The notes beneath the pieces were generated by a model that ran no database searches, had not been told where the DNA came from, and saw only the letters and a program-made list of their open reading frames with translations. The position numbers and the translations under genes were made by a program. A stretch of DNA of 63,043 nucleotides, filler included, from Aduncisulcus paluster (lineage: Eukaryota), in the NCBI GenBank assembly GCA_024181965.1. It is 4 parts of 4 records of this genome, joined end to end, with 100 filler letters (N's around TTAATTAATTAA, not from the genome) between each part and the next. Parts side by side here need not be neighbours in the genome. Positions count along the whole stretch, not along the records: positions 37,394 to 57,536 come from BQXS01012763.1; 3 more parts are not named here. The stretch is one strand, 5' to 3'. Below are positions 37,394 through 49,074 of the stretch, piece after piece; position 1 is the stretch's first letter; every line of letters begins with the position of its first letter.

Positions 37394-38236
37394 CGATGTT
37401 AAAATAAGTTGGTTAAGCTCTCTTATACACGCATTAAGCGGAGAAACAGAGACATACCGACGTGTGGCAGGACGAAGCCTCTGAACATCGGCACGGGTCA
37501 CAGTTGGGAGAAGAACAGCTTGTTTGACTGTTTTGGAGACCTTGTCAAGGACGGACGGGGATAGAATATCCTTCGTGAGTGTGGACCGTCCTGAAGCAAA
37601 GAAAGAAGGAATTGACTTGACACTTGATTTCTTACTCAAGGTAGAAAGAGGAGACTTGTATGTGTGAGATCTTGACGAAGAAAGAGGGGAAGTTTGCTTG
37701 ACAGAACTATGAAATTGAGAGAAAGAAACGGGAAGGGAACGAGGTGATGACTCGCTCATTGAAATCTCTTCAGAATATATTTTGAGGGGTTGTTTTGAAA
37801 GGTTTTGCTCAAGAGATGAAAGGCTGAGAGTTTTACGAAGAGCATTGCTTGCTGTTTGAAGATGAGAGGGAGAAGAGAGAGATACAACGCTTTCACATAA
37901 TGATTCACGAGAGGTTGACGAGACAGGAACTTCAGTCATAGAGATATTAATACTAGTTGATGGAACAGTTAAAGAGGGTTCTTCCTGACTAACTATTTCA
38001 TCTTTGGTGGATTCTTGAAGGGTTGAGAGAGCTTGTTCTGTGGCTAAAAATAATGATAAGTTCAGTTCTCTAAGTTCTTCAATTGGTGTTTTAGTTGAGA
38101 TAGATCCAATTTTCTTTGTGATTTCATCAAAATTAACTTGAGATGTGAGAGAAAGATTCTTTTCAATTCGATCCACAAGAGATGAAGAAAAGGAGGAATA
38201 TGTCTCTAATATTTTTGAAGCAGTTATGGTTTCCAT
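37394..38236 (-). CDS. Ser-rich hypothetical protein, 3'-truncated by spacer
   Basis: Open frame from ATG 38236 to the contig edge; no family recognised. Confidence 0.75.
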
Positions 38237-38496
38237 TGCAAATACACTATAATGGTCAACAAGGATTTTTGAATCGGACCAATCAGGAAACCATCTTCAT
38301 CAGCGGAAAATTGCAGGTTAAACATTATTTCGGGTTGAAATAATTTTGATAAATTCCTTTCACCACTCAAATTTGTGTTTTGTTATTGTGTATTATCCCA
38401 AAATTTCCCCTCAGGCTGTCATGATTAGCTACGGCCGCCGTATTCGTGACGAAAGAGAATTTTATTATTGAATACTATTCATCCTCGTGCTCTTAA

Positions 38497-38829
38497 ATGC
38501 GTGTCAGCTCGGATGACTGTGGCTCAAGATGTTCTCTTTCCAGTGACATACCCATCGATCACCCCCTTGATGTTCAATCTGGTGATCCTCCAACTACACC
38601 AGTCTATGTCCCTCAGGCATCAACTACTACCACACAACAAGAACCTCCTTCCTCTATTACCGTTCCGTCTCCCTCAGTCCCTCAACCAACCTCACATCGT
38701 CATCGTATGTATCTTCCTGATTACAATCGCTCTGGAGCCTCAGTCCCTCAACCAACCTCACATCGTCATTGTATGTACCTTCCTGATTACAATCGCTATC
38801 TGTGTCTATCGAAAAGGGAGTCAGAATAA
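38497..38829 (+). CDS. Possible small Pro/Ser-rich ORF with a 66-nt tandem repeat (38672, 38738)
   Basis: SVPQPTSHRHxMYLPDYNR occurs twice. The repeat period is a multiple of 3, and the stop abuts the DIM1 stop. Confidence 0.35.
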   Translation: MRVSSDDCGSRCSLSSDIPIDHPLDVQSGDPPTTPVYVPQASTTTTQQEPPSSITVPSPSVPQPTSHRHRMYLPDYNRSGASVPQPTSHRHCMYLPDYNRYLCLSKRESE

Positions 38830-38832
38830 AGT

Positions 38833-40188
<1,356 letters not shown>

Positions 40189-40582
40189 TGATTCGTGGCA
40201 AAACATGATTTTTGAATTACTCACTGTTACTAAAAGACAAATCAACCAATGAAAGGATAAAATTTGATATTTATTGAATATTAATATTTATTTCTATTAA
40301 CATTGCTTATGAATTATACTTTATAGCCATGAAAAATAAGAGATTAGCCGAGTCACTCGTATAGTAGCTTTCAATTATTGAATACATTTATTGAAAAAGA
40401 TGTGTAATTGGAACAGTATTCCACCCTAAAAAGATCACTGTATATCACACGATAGACGTCAAGGAAGCGAAAGGATTTTTTTCAAAGAATACAACAAAAC
40501 AAACAAAGAAATGTTAACATTAAAGACAATATTCAGAAAGCATCACTTATTTGTGCCTTTTGATACTGTTAATTATCATTAT

Positions 40583-42223
40583 TTAGAACTTAGGTCCCTG
40601 CCATTCGATATCTAAGATATATTCATCTCTGAAATCGTTGATAATGGCTCCAGTTTCGAAATTGATTCTGGCAGGTTCTCTCACGGTCCTGCGATCGATC
40701 TTGACGTAGAATCCACGATCAATCATCACATCGAGCAGCATCTGTCTTGCGATTCCCTTGGCGAGAATGGTATCAGAGATTCTCACACGAGCAATCCCAG
40801 TAAAAGCGTGTCTTTTCAGAATAGGCACCATGTCTCTCTCAATAACACTCACAACACTCTGGAATAATTCCTTGTGTTCACGTTGGTAGGAATCAAGACG
40901 ACGGACAAGGTGTTGGCGGGCATGACGAATGAGATCAGCGCTCTTGGGAATGTTCCGAAGGGTCTCGAAAGTAGAATCTCCAAGCTCAAGAGAGGATTGG
41001 TATTTGAATTCCTCTTCAATGGCTTTCTCAACCTCAACAATGGGACGATTAGCATCAATAACATGGTAATCGAATAATTCTTGGAAGGACGACAATGCAC
41101 GTTGTGTTTCATCAACGAACACACGGTAACGCTTCTTGGCAAGCTCAGGATCGAGGTCTGTGGCTCTGACAGACTCTAGAACACCTTCACCCGAGGCCTT
41201 GACCCGTTCATTGTGTGCAAGGACCTTCTTCCCTCTTCCAATCTGCCTCTCAACGGAAACGACTTCATTAACATACAAAACAACAATTCTAAACAAGGGT
41301 TTGAAGTAAAGATCAGCATTGGGAGAGTCGGCGAATTTGTGGTGTCTCTCATCCATATAACGATATAAACACTCAACACAGGTGCCTTGAACAGTAGTTC
41401 TCGGGAATCCGTCCACAATCACACCGTCTTTGTACTTTCCTTTGGTCAACTCCTTGAGCAGGAGTTTCAGGACGATATCATCATTGATAAGGATTCCTTG
41501 ATCGATGATCCGACGCATCTCGGGAGATTTGAAGAGGTCTGACATCACAATTGGTTGGGAATGAATATCTCTTGCCTTCTGAATGAATCCAGTATTTGTT
41601 CCCTTTCCGGCACCAGGGGCACCGCCTAACCAGAGAATTTCACGTGGGAAGGTCACTTCTTCAGGGCCAAGGTCTTCCTCGAGGGATTTTATGACAGAAG
41701 AGAAGAGACGCTCGGCTGTTTGGCGACCAGCAGCAGGAGTGGCAAGGGCAGTGTGAGCTCCAGGAGTATCCATCTCGGGGGACTCAGGACGACCATGTTT
41801 AATTGTGATTGAGGCTTCGCCAGAGGAAATATAAGCATCGTAAGCTTTTTGGGTGAGCAAGTCTTCCAACTGACTCTTATCATCAAGTTCAAGGGTGAAA
41901 AGGAAAACATTTTCAGATTTTCCATCCATGAGATCCTTGAGAATACGAGAAGGGATCTTTTTCAGCTCTTTATCAACGCTAAGAACAACTCCTGTTAATG
42001 GACAACGATAACGGAAAGAAACACCGCTTGAGAAGACAACTTGACAAAAAGGAACTAATTTGTGTGTGTATTTCTCAGGAATTCGCGAAAATAACAGCTG
42101 GGTTGGGGGATCAGGAGACAATTGGAGAGCGAACTTTGTAAATCCAACTTCTGCAACACCAGATTCATCAACTCTGATAATCTCGTGGTATTTCGTGTAA
42201 TAAGTAACAATTCTTGTGACCAT
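40583..42223 (-). CDS. Glycine-cleavage H-protein-like domain fused to adenylate/NMP kinase, 546 aa
   Basis: First ATG is at 42223. Residues 1-133 align by eye to GcvH. The kinase part has the P-loop GGAPGAGKGT (41598-41626), VIVDGFPRT and R.D..R lid motifs. Confidence 0.85.
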   Translation of the reverse strand: MVTRIVTYYTKYHEIIRVDESGVAEVGFTKFALQLSPDPPTQLLFSRIPEKYTHKLVPFCQVVFSSGVSFRYRCPLTGVVLSVDKELKKIPSRILKDLMDGKSENVFLFTLELDDKSQLEDLLTQKAYDAYISSGEASITIKHGRPESPEMDTPGAHTALATPAAGRQTAERLFSSVIKSLEEDLGPEEVTFPREILWLGGAPGAGKGTNTGFIQKARDIHSQPIVMSDLFKSPEMRRIIDQGILINDDIVLKLLLKELTKGKYKDGVIVDGFPRTTVQGTCVECLYRYMDERHHKFADSPNADLYFKPLFRIVVLYVNEVVSVERQIGRGKKVLAHNERVKASGEGVLESVRATDLDPELAKKRYRVFVDETQRALSSFQELFDYHVIDANRPIVEVEKAIEEEFKYQSSLELGDSTFETLRNIPKSADLIRHARQHLVRRLDSYQREHKELFQSVVSVIERDMVPILKRHAFTGIARVRISDTILAKGIARQMLLDVMIDRGFYVKIDRRTVREPARINFETGAIINDFRDEYILDIEWQGPKF

Positions 42224-42494
42224 GGTGTTTTGGTTGCCAAAAAAAAACAAAATGATTGCAATTTCATGATTCGCCCAAAATAGATTAGCACTTAGGCAGG
42301 GGAAAAGGGGAAAATACGAAAAAAAGAACGCATATTATCTTTGGAAATATGTTGAATCTTTGATTAACCTTATAAAAATATTGATTATTTCACTGTGTAT
42401 TAAGATAGTGAGTCTGAACAAAGAATATATAAAATCTCGAATGCAAAATTGATCCAATTGAAAGATTTCTACCACACTTTTTAAAAAAAAAATA

Positions 42495-43322
42495 TTTGAT
42501 ATGGCCAATTCTCATGCTATTTCGACATATCACAGAAATAATCAAGAGAGAGCAATTCAATTAAGAAATGGTTTGTTGATGATAATTAACTTTTCCAATT
42601 ATTGCCAAATCTGCATGAAAATATCGGAATTACCGGCATTATACCATAGATCCAAAAAATGGCAAAAAAATCTGAATTCAGAATGACTCCACTGTCATAA
42701 AATACATTTTCGGAATAATTTTTACATGGTAGTGATTGAGCTCTTGTAATTTTCTTTTTGAACGAATCAAATCAAAAGGAAATCTGAGTTCTTTTTTTTT
42801 CCAGTTTCAAACTCAGAAAAATCACCGTCTTCTAATTTGAGAAAAATTTTAATAGTTCCGTATTATTAAAAAACAATTCTGAGAGATATTTATTATTTTT
42901 AAAATTTTGATATGGCCAATTCTCATGCTATTTCGACATATCACAGAAATAATCAAGAGAGAGCAATTCAATTAAGAAATGGTTTGTTGATGATAATTAA
43001 CTTTTCCAATTATTGCCAAATCTGCATGAAAATATCGGAATTACCGGCATTATACCATAGATCCAAAAAATGGCAAAAAAATCTGAATTCAGAATGACTC
43101 CACTGTCATAAAATACATTTTCGGAATAATTTTTACATGGTAGTGATTGAGCTCTTGTAATTTTCTTTTTGAACGAATCAAATCAAAAGGAAATCTGAGT
43201 TCTTTTTTTTTCCAGTTTCAAACTCAGAAAAATCACCGTCTTCTAATTTGAGAAAAATTTTAATAGTTCCGTATTATTAAAAAACAATTCTGAGAGATAT
43301 TTATTATTTTTAAAATTTTGAT
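42495..43322. repeat. Perfect 411-bp tandem duplication in intergenic DNA
   Basis: Identical copies offset by 411 nt (duplicate ORFs at 42501 and 42912) with no N gap between them. Confidence 0.95.
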
Positions 43323-43529
43323 CATAATATCGATGTTGAAGCGGAGAAACAAACCACAAAAAAATAAGTCTGTATATGAGGCTAATCGATTTGGAATCGG
43401 GTCTAAATCATTTTTCTGAAAGGAAAACAAATAAATAAATAAAGAAAAACATAAATTTTTCGAAAATATAACGTTGAGAGCTGGCAAAATAATATTGACT
43501 TATGAAAGAAATTTATCAATTTAACATCA

Positions 43530-44519
43530 TTATACAATATCTTTATCCCTTATTGACGACATTTCTTCAACTATTTCCACCTTTTCCTCAACTTGATCAT
43601 TTCCGAACACAACGAACACCATTCCAATGCAAATAAAAGACCCACCGACCCCTTCCCACCACGTGAAGTCCTCGTCAAGGATAAATACGCCCGCTATAGC
43701 GTTAAAGAATGTTAAAAAGAGCATCAATGAAGTATATAATGCCATGCTGTGGATGTGATGGTTACAAAGTGAACAACATCCATAACCAATCACACTGCCG
43801 AATACACCACAATATGCAACACCCCACCAACAGAAGGAAGGAATCTCAGAAATAGATAAATAAAATGATTTAATTTTGGGAAGGGCAAGGAATATTTGAA
43901 TAACGAGAGAAAAACACATCATCAACCAGGTCATTGTGAAAGGGACCGAGACTTGCTTGTTAACATATTTCATAAGGTAGATATAACATGGGTACTGCAT
44001 TTGATTGACAAGCATAATTCCCATTCCGTAGAAAACAGACAAATCATCTTGATTACGAATATCATGAATAACACGAAGAGGATTAAGGGCAACAATACAT
44101 CCAATAAGACCGGCAATAATTCCAATAACACGGATAATTGTTGGTTTTTCTAATTTTAATATCACACCGTAGATAGTTGTGAAGATGGGCATCAAAGGAA
44201 TCATCAATCCAACTGAAGCAACAGTTCCAATCGATAAGGCATATGCACAAAGAATTTGATTTAAAGTAACACTTGAAATTGCCATCCCAATTACGGCTAG
44301 TAGAACACGCCAATTTGATACGATCATTTTGAAAGAACCTTTCTTTTCAGCAAGAGTAAAAAAGAATAAACCAATGACAGCAATTATTAATCGCAAGAGA
44401 ACAACAATAACAGGCTCGATGTGATCAGTAATTTCAGAAACAACAACTTGAACACCTGAAAAAATCATTTGGAGAAAAATAAACCCAATGATTGCTATTA
44501 TTTCACTTTTAGCATACAT
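43530..44519 (-). CDS. EamA/DMT-superfamily transporter, 329 aa
   Basis: About 10 hydrophobic helices in two repeats; motifs LLRLIIA, LMPIFT..LKLEK..IGI and FILDEDFTWWEGVGG..I..G. Confidence 0.85.
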   Translation of the reverse strand: MYAKSEIIAIIGFIFLQMIFSGVQVVVSEITDHIEPVIVVLLRLIIAVIGLFFFTLAEKKGSFKMIVSNWRVLLAVIGMAISSVTLNQILCAYALSIGTVASVGLMIPLMPIFTTIYGVILKLEKPTIIRVIGIIAGLIGCIVALNPLRVIHDIRNQDDLSVFYGMGIMLVNQMQYPCYIYLMKYVNKQVSVPFTMTWLMMCFSLVIQIFLALPKIKSFYLSISEIPSFCWWGVAYCGVFGSVIGYGCCSLCNHHIHSMALYTSLMLFLTFFNAIAGVFILDEDFTWWEGVGGSFICIGMVFVVFGNDQVEEKVEIVEEMSSIRDKDIV

Positions 44520-44811
44520 TTATGGAAAAATGTCCTTATTATAAGTGATTTATACCTATTTTATCTCTAGACGTGAGCAAAACCATGAATTAAAAGACCG
44601 AAAGAATCTATACCTTCAAACAATTATCTATATGAACGATGAATAGTAAGATAAGATTTATTTGATATAATATATTTAATTTTGTTTATTTATTACTCTT
44701 TGAGGAATCATCTTGAGGTAGATATTATGATCTCTCAGCCTGAGAGGCACTGCAGTGGAGGGAAGATGATTTCAGAGAGTCACAAAGCACACGTCGACAT
44801 GAATAGATTAT

Positions 44812-47800
44812 TCAGCATCCAGCATCATGTTGTCTCAAAGCAATAAGTGTTCCAAACTGCAATATTTTCTCGGAATTATCAGTAGCAACCGCATCAATCA
44901 AAGCTGGAGATTCTGGTTTGGAATTGTCAATATACCACAAAGATTCGATTGGATGATAAATTTTGACAACAGATACAAGAATAGACCCGTCTGAAGACAT
45001 TTGAATGGATCCAGAAATATCATCAAGAGAATATGATGCAAAAGGTCCATTAGGATTCCCAAAACAGCACAAACACTTACCCAAAGTATTTGAACAGGCT
45101 TGAATAAGATGATGCAAGAATTCTTCTTGCTGTTTCGGATCTGTTGGCAAAGTGATGGGTCCAAATTTCTCAGCATCAAGTGGGGACAACACAGAAGAAG
45201 AAGGAACAGGCGGTCTGATCGGTTCATAACTATACGAATAAGAATCTTCGGTGTCAGTATATTCTTTAGAAGGATGAGGAATCGGTGGAGGCTTCTTCGA
45301 GTTGACAGTAGGATTGTCATCGTGTTTTTTATCTTTCAAGGGTTGTGGAGAGACTTCCTCATCAGTCGTTGTAATAGTACTTCCTGAATCATCGTCAGCT
45401 AATTTTAGACATAATTGAGAAACAATATCAGAGATATCCGAAATATGGAAAGGTTCTTCATAATATTTTCCCATCTTAGCTGTTACAATATCCTTCAATG
45501 TAATATTTCTAACGAACGAAGAAGGCGGATGAGATCGAGGTGAGTGAGAAGAAGCTGGGAAAGTAACATCAGAGCTAAGTTTAAAGGCTTTGAATACGGT
45601 ACAAACAAAGAGTGTGAATAAATCCAGGGGTATGAATTCTTTTTCTTTGCTGTGAAGCCCAGTAAGCCCAATATAAACCTTCTTAGAATCGAACTCACTG
45701 CCACTTCCAATGTTTTTCCCATTTCCAAGAGAAAACATGATAGGAATTGAGGCCAAACATGCACACTCGGGACACTGATAAAGGCCAGTGTTCCATAATA
45801 TCAATTCAGCGCATATCTCTCTCACCAGAGGAATGTGAGAAAGAGAGAGTGGGGTTGTCTGAATTATACATTCAATACAATGCGATAGGAAAGGAACATA
45901 AGTGGGATTAAGTTTATACAGTAACACGGAAGGGAGGATTTTAATGGAAGCTAAATGAGATTGGAGGTCGAGGTTATCTACTGATTGTACTGAGTAAAGC
46001 AAGGAAAGGACAATGGAGACAAAGGCAAAAGACTCAGGGGGAGGGAAAGAATGAGACGAAGAAGAACTTGAAGGATCGCCGGAAATAACATTAAACACAT
46101 CCATTATCGGTTTTAGCTTATCACTTTGACGCCTACTCAACAGGAATAATGAATTCCAAACATCTTTATGCTTGGACTTCAAATCATCCATCCATTGCCA
46201 TTCTTCGGGAGTTTTTTGCGTGGATAAAGTTTCAAATAAATCTTGATCTGAAGCTTTTGTCTTCACAATTTTCCCCCTTTTATCATCCCCAAGGTGCTCT
46301 GGCTTGGAACTAAGGACGGTTATATCAGAAATAATGCATTGTTCAAGGCTCGAACGAAGTTTAACATATTCGGAATCATCGGACAAAAAGAAGACCTTTG
46401 GGAAAACATTTGGAATCGAGTCAAGAGAAGAAAAAGAAGAAGAAGAAGAAGAAGAAGAGGTAGAAGTACCGATCTGGCTAAAAATAGATTGAGATAAAAA
46501 TGTTTGTAGATCAGTTTGGAATTTTCTCAAAACATCATAGGTGATATCTCTTCTGGCGGCATCTTCTTCCTTCATCCCACGTGGAATAAGACCAAATTTA
46601 GAAAGACCCAAATATAATATTCCTTCTCTAAAAATAGAAAATACTAACGGATTGGATAAAATTGTTGAGCTTTTCAAGAAATACATTGACGAGAGAAGCT
46701 TCTTGATGTTGATTGGTGTGTTCAAAGGACTTGGATCTGATAATTGGGGATTATATGGGGAGTTATAATATCCAACGACAAAGGTGATAAGATCACGGTA
46801 TGGATTGGCACTCAATGAAGTTGATGAGAAAGAAGGAGATCCACCATCCACAGGATCATCGCTACGGCTACGGCTAAGGCTACGGCTATGGCTACGGCTA
46901 CGGCTACGGCTACGGCTATGGTCATTGCTATTATTGGGGATTATTGGAGATGGGATAGGATAGGGAGATGGGATAGGATAGGGAAGTGCTGGAGGGTCCG
47001 AAGGTTTGTCAAGTCCGAGTGCTTTGCGATCTTTCTGGATGTCGATTTGGATCTTTCGACTCATTCCTTCTGATTCAAACTCATGGAGCTGTTTAGATAC
47101 CCTTACATGGACTTTTTTCCACACGGTAGAGCAGTCACTTCCTGAATCTAAGAGAGATTCGCTCTCCTTCATAGCAGATATGAGACAATTGCCAAGATAT
47201 TTACGCTCATCATGGAAAAGATCAACCAAAGCATACATGGCTCCCGCAAGGATGGTGTTATGTTTCACAGACCAGTGATGTTTTGAGTAGTACCCATTTT
47301 TTCCAGAGGGATTGTAATGGAGATCATCTTCCCACTTTCGATGTCTATCACCAAGGTAACGACGGCTTGTAATGCCGTCAAACAATGAAAGAAGCGTGGA
47401 AAGATCTTCAGAATCCCGACTATACCTCATATTGTCGCGCAATTTCCTTATTTTTGGATCACCTCCATCCGATTTCTTAGCTTTAGCATTATACTGTCTA
47501 AGTTTGGTGATAATAGAACTCAATGTGTGGGTCATTGTACAAAATGCGCATAGCGGAACCCTATAAGATTCCCTAATACGAGATGGAATTGATGAGAGAC
47601 CATTGAAACACCTTGAAACGGTCGCAATAAGACACATTTGAATCAATGTAGTGGCAAATTCCGGATCAGGGTCGACTTTTCGTTCCATTTCTTCCCTTTT
47701 GGAGATCAAATATCTCACAGAAGCGCGGGCAATTCCAGCTAACTCAAAAATTCGAGCCGGAATTTCCAGCTTATCATCTTGGTCTAAAAATAGGCATGAG

Positions 47801-48390
47801 AGATTTGAGCTATAAATATCGTCTGAGAGAATAGAGGCTAACTTTGGATCTTTGTCGAGAGCTGATTGAATTTGGCATCGGATGTACCGAGAATCGAAGG
47901 AAGCAATTCTCTTCAGAAGAACATTGTCGAAATCGTAAAATCTTTTTTGATCGCTTTCAATTGGATTAAATTCAGTTGTTGAAACCTTCCTCGGAGAAAA
48001 TTCTTTGTCAAAAACAGATTGGCCTGTTGTTGAGCTTGAACCTACGATATCGATGAAATTGAGAAAATTCTGAATAAATATTGGACATGACGCTTCTGAA
48101 GACGGGGTACCGGAGAGTTTTGGGAAGATTTCGAGTATTTTATCTTTAGGATAAGACTTTAGAATTGTGTACAAACAAATCCACATTGAGGAAGAAGTGA
48201 GAGATGATTCGTCCTCTGAAATTTCAGCACGAAAAGAAATTAAGTGATTTTCGATTAATTTTGGGTGTTCTTGAATATAATAAAACGAATAGTAGAGGAA
48301 TTGATGCTCGGACAAGTATCTTGGATATTCCCAACCATTCATCCAAATAGATTCATAACCATTCTCATCTTTCTGGATAGAATAATGCAT
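44812..48390 (-). CDS. Hypothetical protein, 1192 aa, helical, with an (RS)n tract and CPECAC
   Basis: Uninterrupted long ORF; no family recognised. Confidence 0.85.
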   Translation of the reverse strand: MHYSIQKDENGYESIWMNGWEYPRYLSEHQFLYYSFYYIQEHPKLIENHLISFRAEISEDESSLTSSSMWICLYTILKSYPKDKILEIFPKLSGTPSSEASCPIFIQNFLNFIDIVGSSSTTGQSVFDKEFSPRKVSTTEFNPIESDQKRFYDFDNVLLKRIASFDSRYIRCQIQSALDKDPKLASILSDDIYSSNLSCLFLDQDDKLEIPARIFELAGIARASVRYLISKREEMERKVDPDPEFATTLIQMCLIATVSRCFNGLSSIPSRIRESYRVPLCAFCTMTHTLSSIITKLRQYNAKAKKSDGGDPKIRKLRDNMRYSRDSEDLSTLLSLFDGITSRRYLGDRHRKWEDDLHYNPSGKNGYYSKHHWSVKHNTILAGAMYALVDLFHDERKYLGNCLISAMKESESLLDSGSDCSTVWKKVHVRVSKQLHEFESEGMSRKIQIDIQKDRKALGLDKPSDPPALPYPIPSPYPIPSPIIPNNSNDHSRSRSRSRSHSRSLSRSRSDDPVDGGSPSFSSTSLSANPYRDLITFVVGYYNSPYNPQLSDPSPLNTPINIKKLLSSMYFLKSSTILSNPLVFSIFREGILYLGLSKFGLIPRGMKEEDAARRDITYDVLRKFQTDLQTFLSQSIFSQIGTSTSSSSSSSSFSSLDSIPNVFPKVFFLSDDSEYVKLRSSLEQCIISDITVLSSKPEHLGDDKRGKIVKTKASDQDLFETLSTQKTPEEWQWMDDLKSKHKDVWNSLFLLSRRQSDKLKPIMDVFNVISGDPSSSSSSHSFPPPESFAFVSIVLSLLYSVQSVDNLDLQSHLASIKILPSVLLYKLNPTYVPFLSHCIECIIQTTPLSLSHIPLVREICAELILWNTGLYQCPECACLASIPIMFSLGNGKNIGSGSEFDSKKVYIGLTGLHSKEKEFIPLDLFTLFVCTVFKAFKLSSDVTFPASSHSPRSHPPSSFVRNITLKDIVTAKMGKYYEEPFHISDISDIVSQLCLKLADDDSGSTITTTDEEVSPQPLKDKKHDDNPTVNSKKPPPIPHPSKEYTDTEDSYSYSYEPIRPPVPSSSVLSPLDAEKFGPITLPTDPKQQEEFLHHLIQACSNTLGKCLCCFGNPNGPFASYSLDDISGSIQMSSDGSILVSVVKIYHPIESLWYIDNSKPESPALIDAVATDNSEKILQFGTLIALRQHDAGC

Positions 48391-48669
48391 AAGTTTATCT
48401 TGGTTGCCAAATGGGCGAGATATTAACTATGAGGAGCCGATTTTTCTTTTTTGGGGATTCATAAAAAATAATTTTTTAAATAGTCGATGAGATATTCAAA
48501 TTTTTTTTATTTCCGATTGTTTTAAGATGCCTTGCAAACGTTCTAACCACGAAAAAAAATGTCATCACACGTTCGGTTCTTTGTTGATAATATGTCATTT
48601 TATTTAATGAGTCCAATAAAAAAATATATTCAAACTTACATATTAATAAACATTTTTGATAAGATTAAA

Positions 48670-49038
48670 TTACTCGAAAAGAGAGTCACGAAGAGCTTTT
48701 CCACGGGCCCGACTAGAGTAAGAAGAGGATAGAGAAGGTGGTTTTGAGGATGGTCTCCTCGGAATCCTGTGTGATTCATTCAATAGACCCATAGTTCTCG
48801 GGGTTAGAGCTGAGAAATCCTCATCTGGGTCATTTTGACTGCTCTGAGCATAACTTCGAGAGTATGCGGACACATGTGGGCTTTGATAGGACTGTTCCAG
48901 TAACCTTGAACTCGTACTCTGCCCAAATTGGTGAGTGCGAGAGGAAGGAGAGAGAGCTATCGAGGGTCTATTATGCATTTGAGAGGAGACAGGATATCTC
49001 GAAGACCTGGAATGATACGAAGAGGAGGCAGAGGAGGC

Positions 49039-49074
<36 letters not shown>

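Noticed and set aside
40349..40359. CGAGT-C-ACTCG and TGTACA-C-TGTACA (~59770) odd palindromes
   Set aside because: Isolated 5-6-bp arms are expected by chance in 63 kb.
42501..43097. Twin 61-aa ORFs, or a CRISPR/LTR structure
   Set aside because: By-product of the 411-bp duplication; no spacers, internal region or coding signal.
44812..44820. C-terminal Gly-Cys-UGA as a thioredoxin-reductase-like selenocysteine motif
   Set aside because: The protein has no redox fold, and I find no canonical AUGA..AA..GA SECIS spacing downstream.
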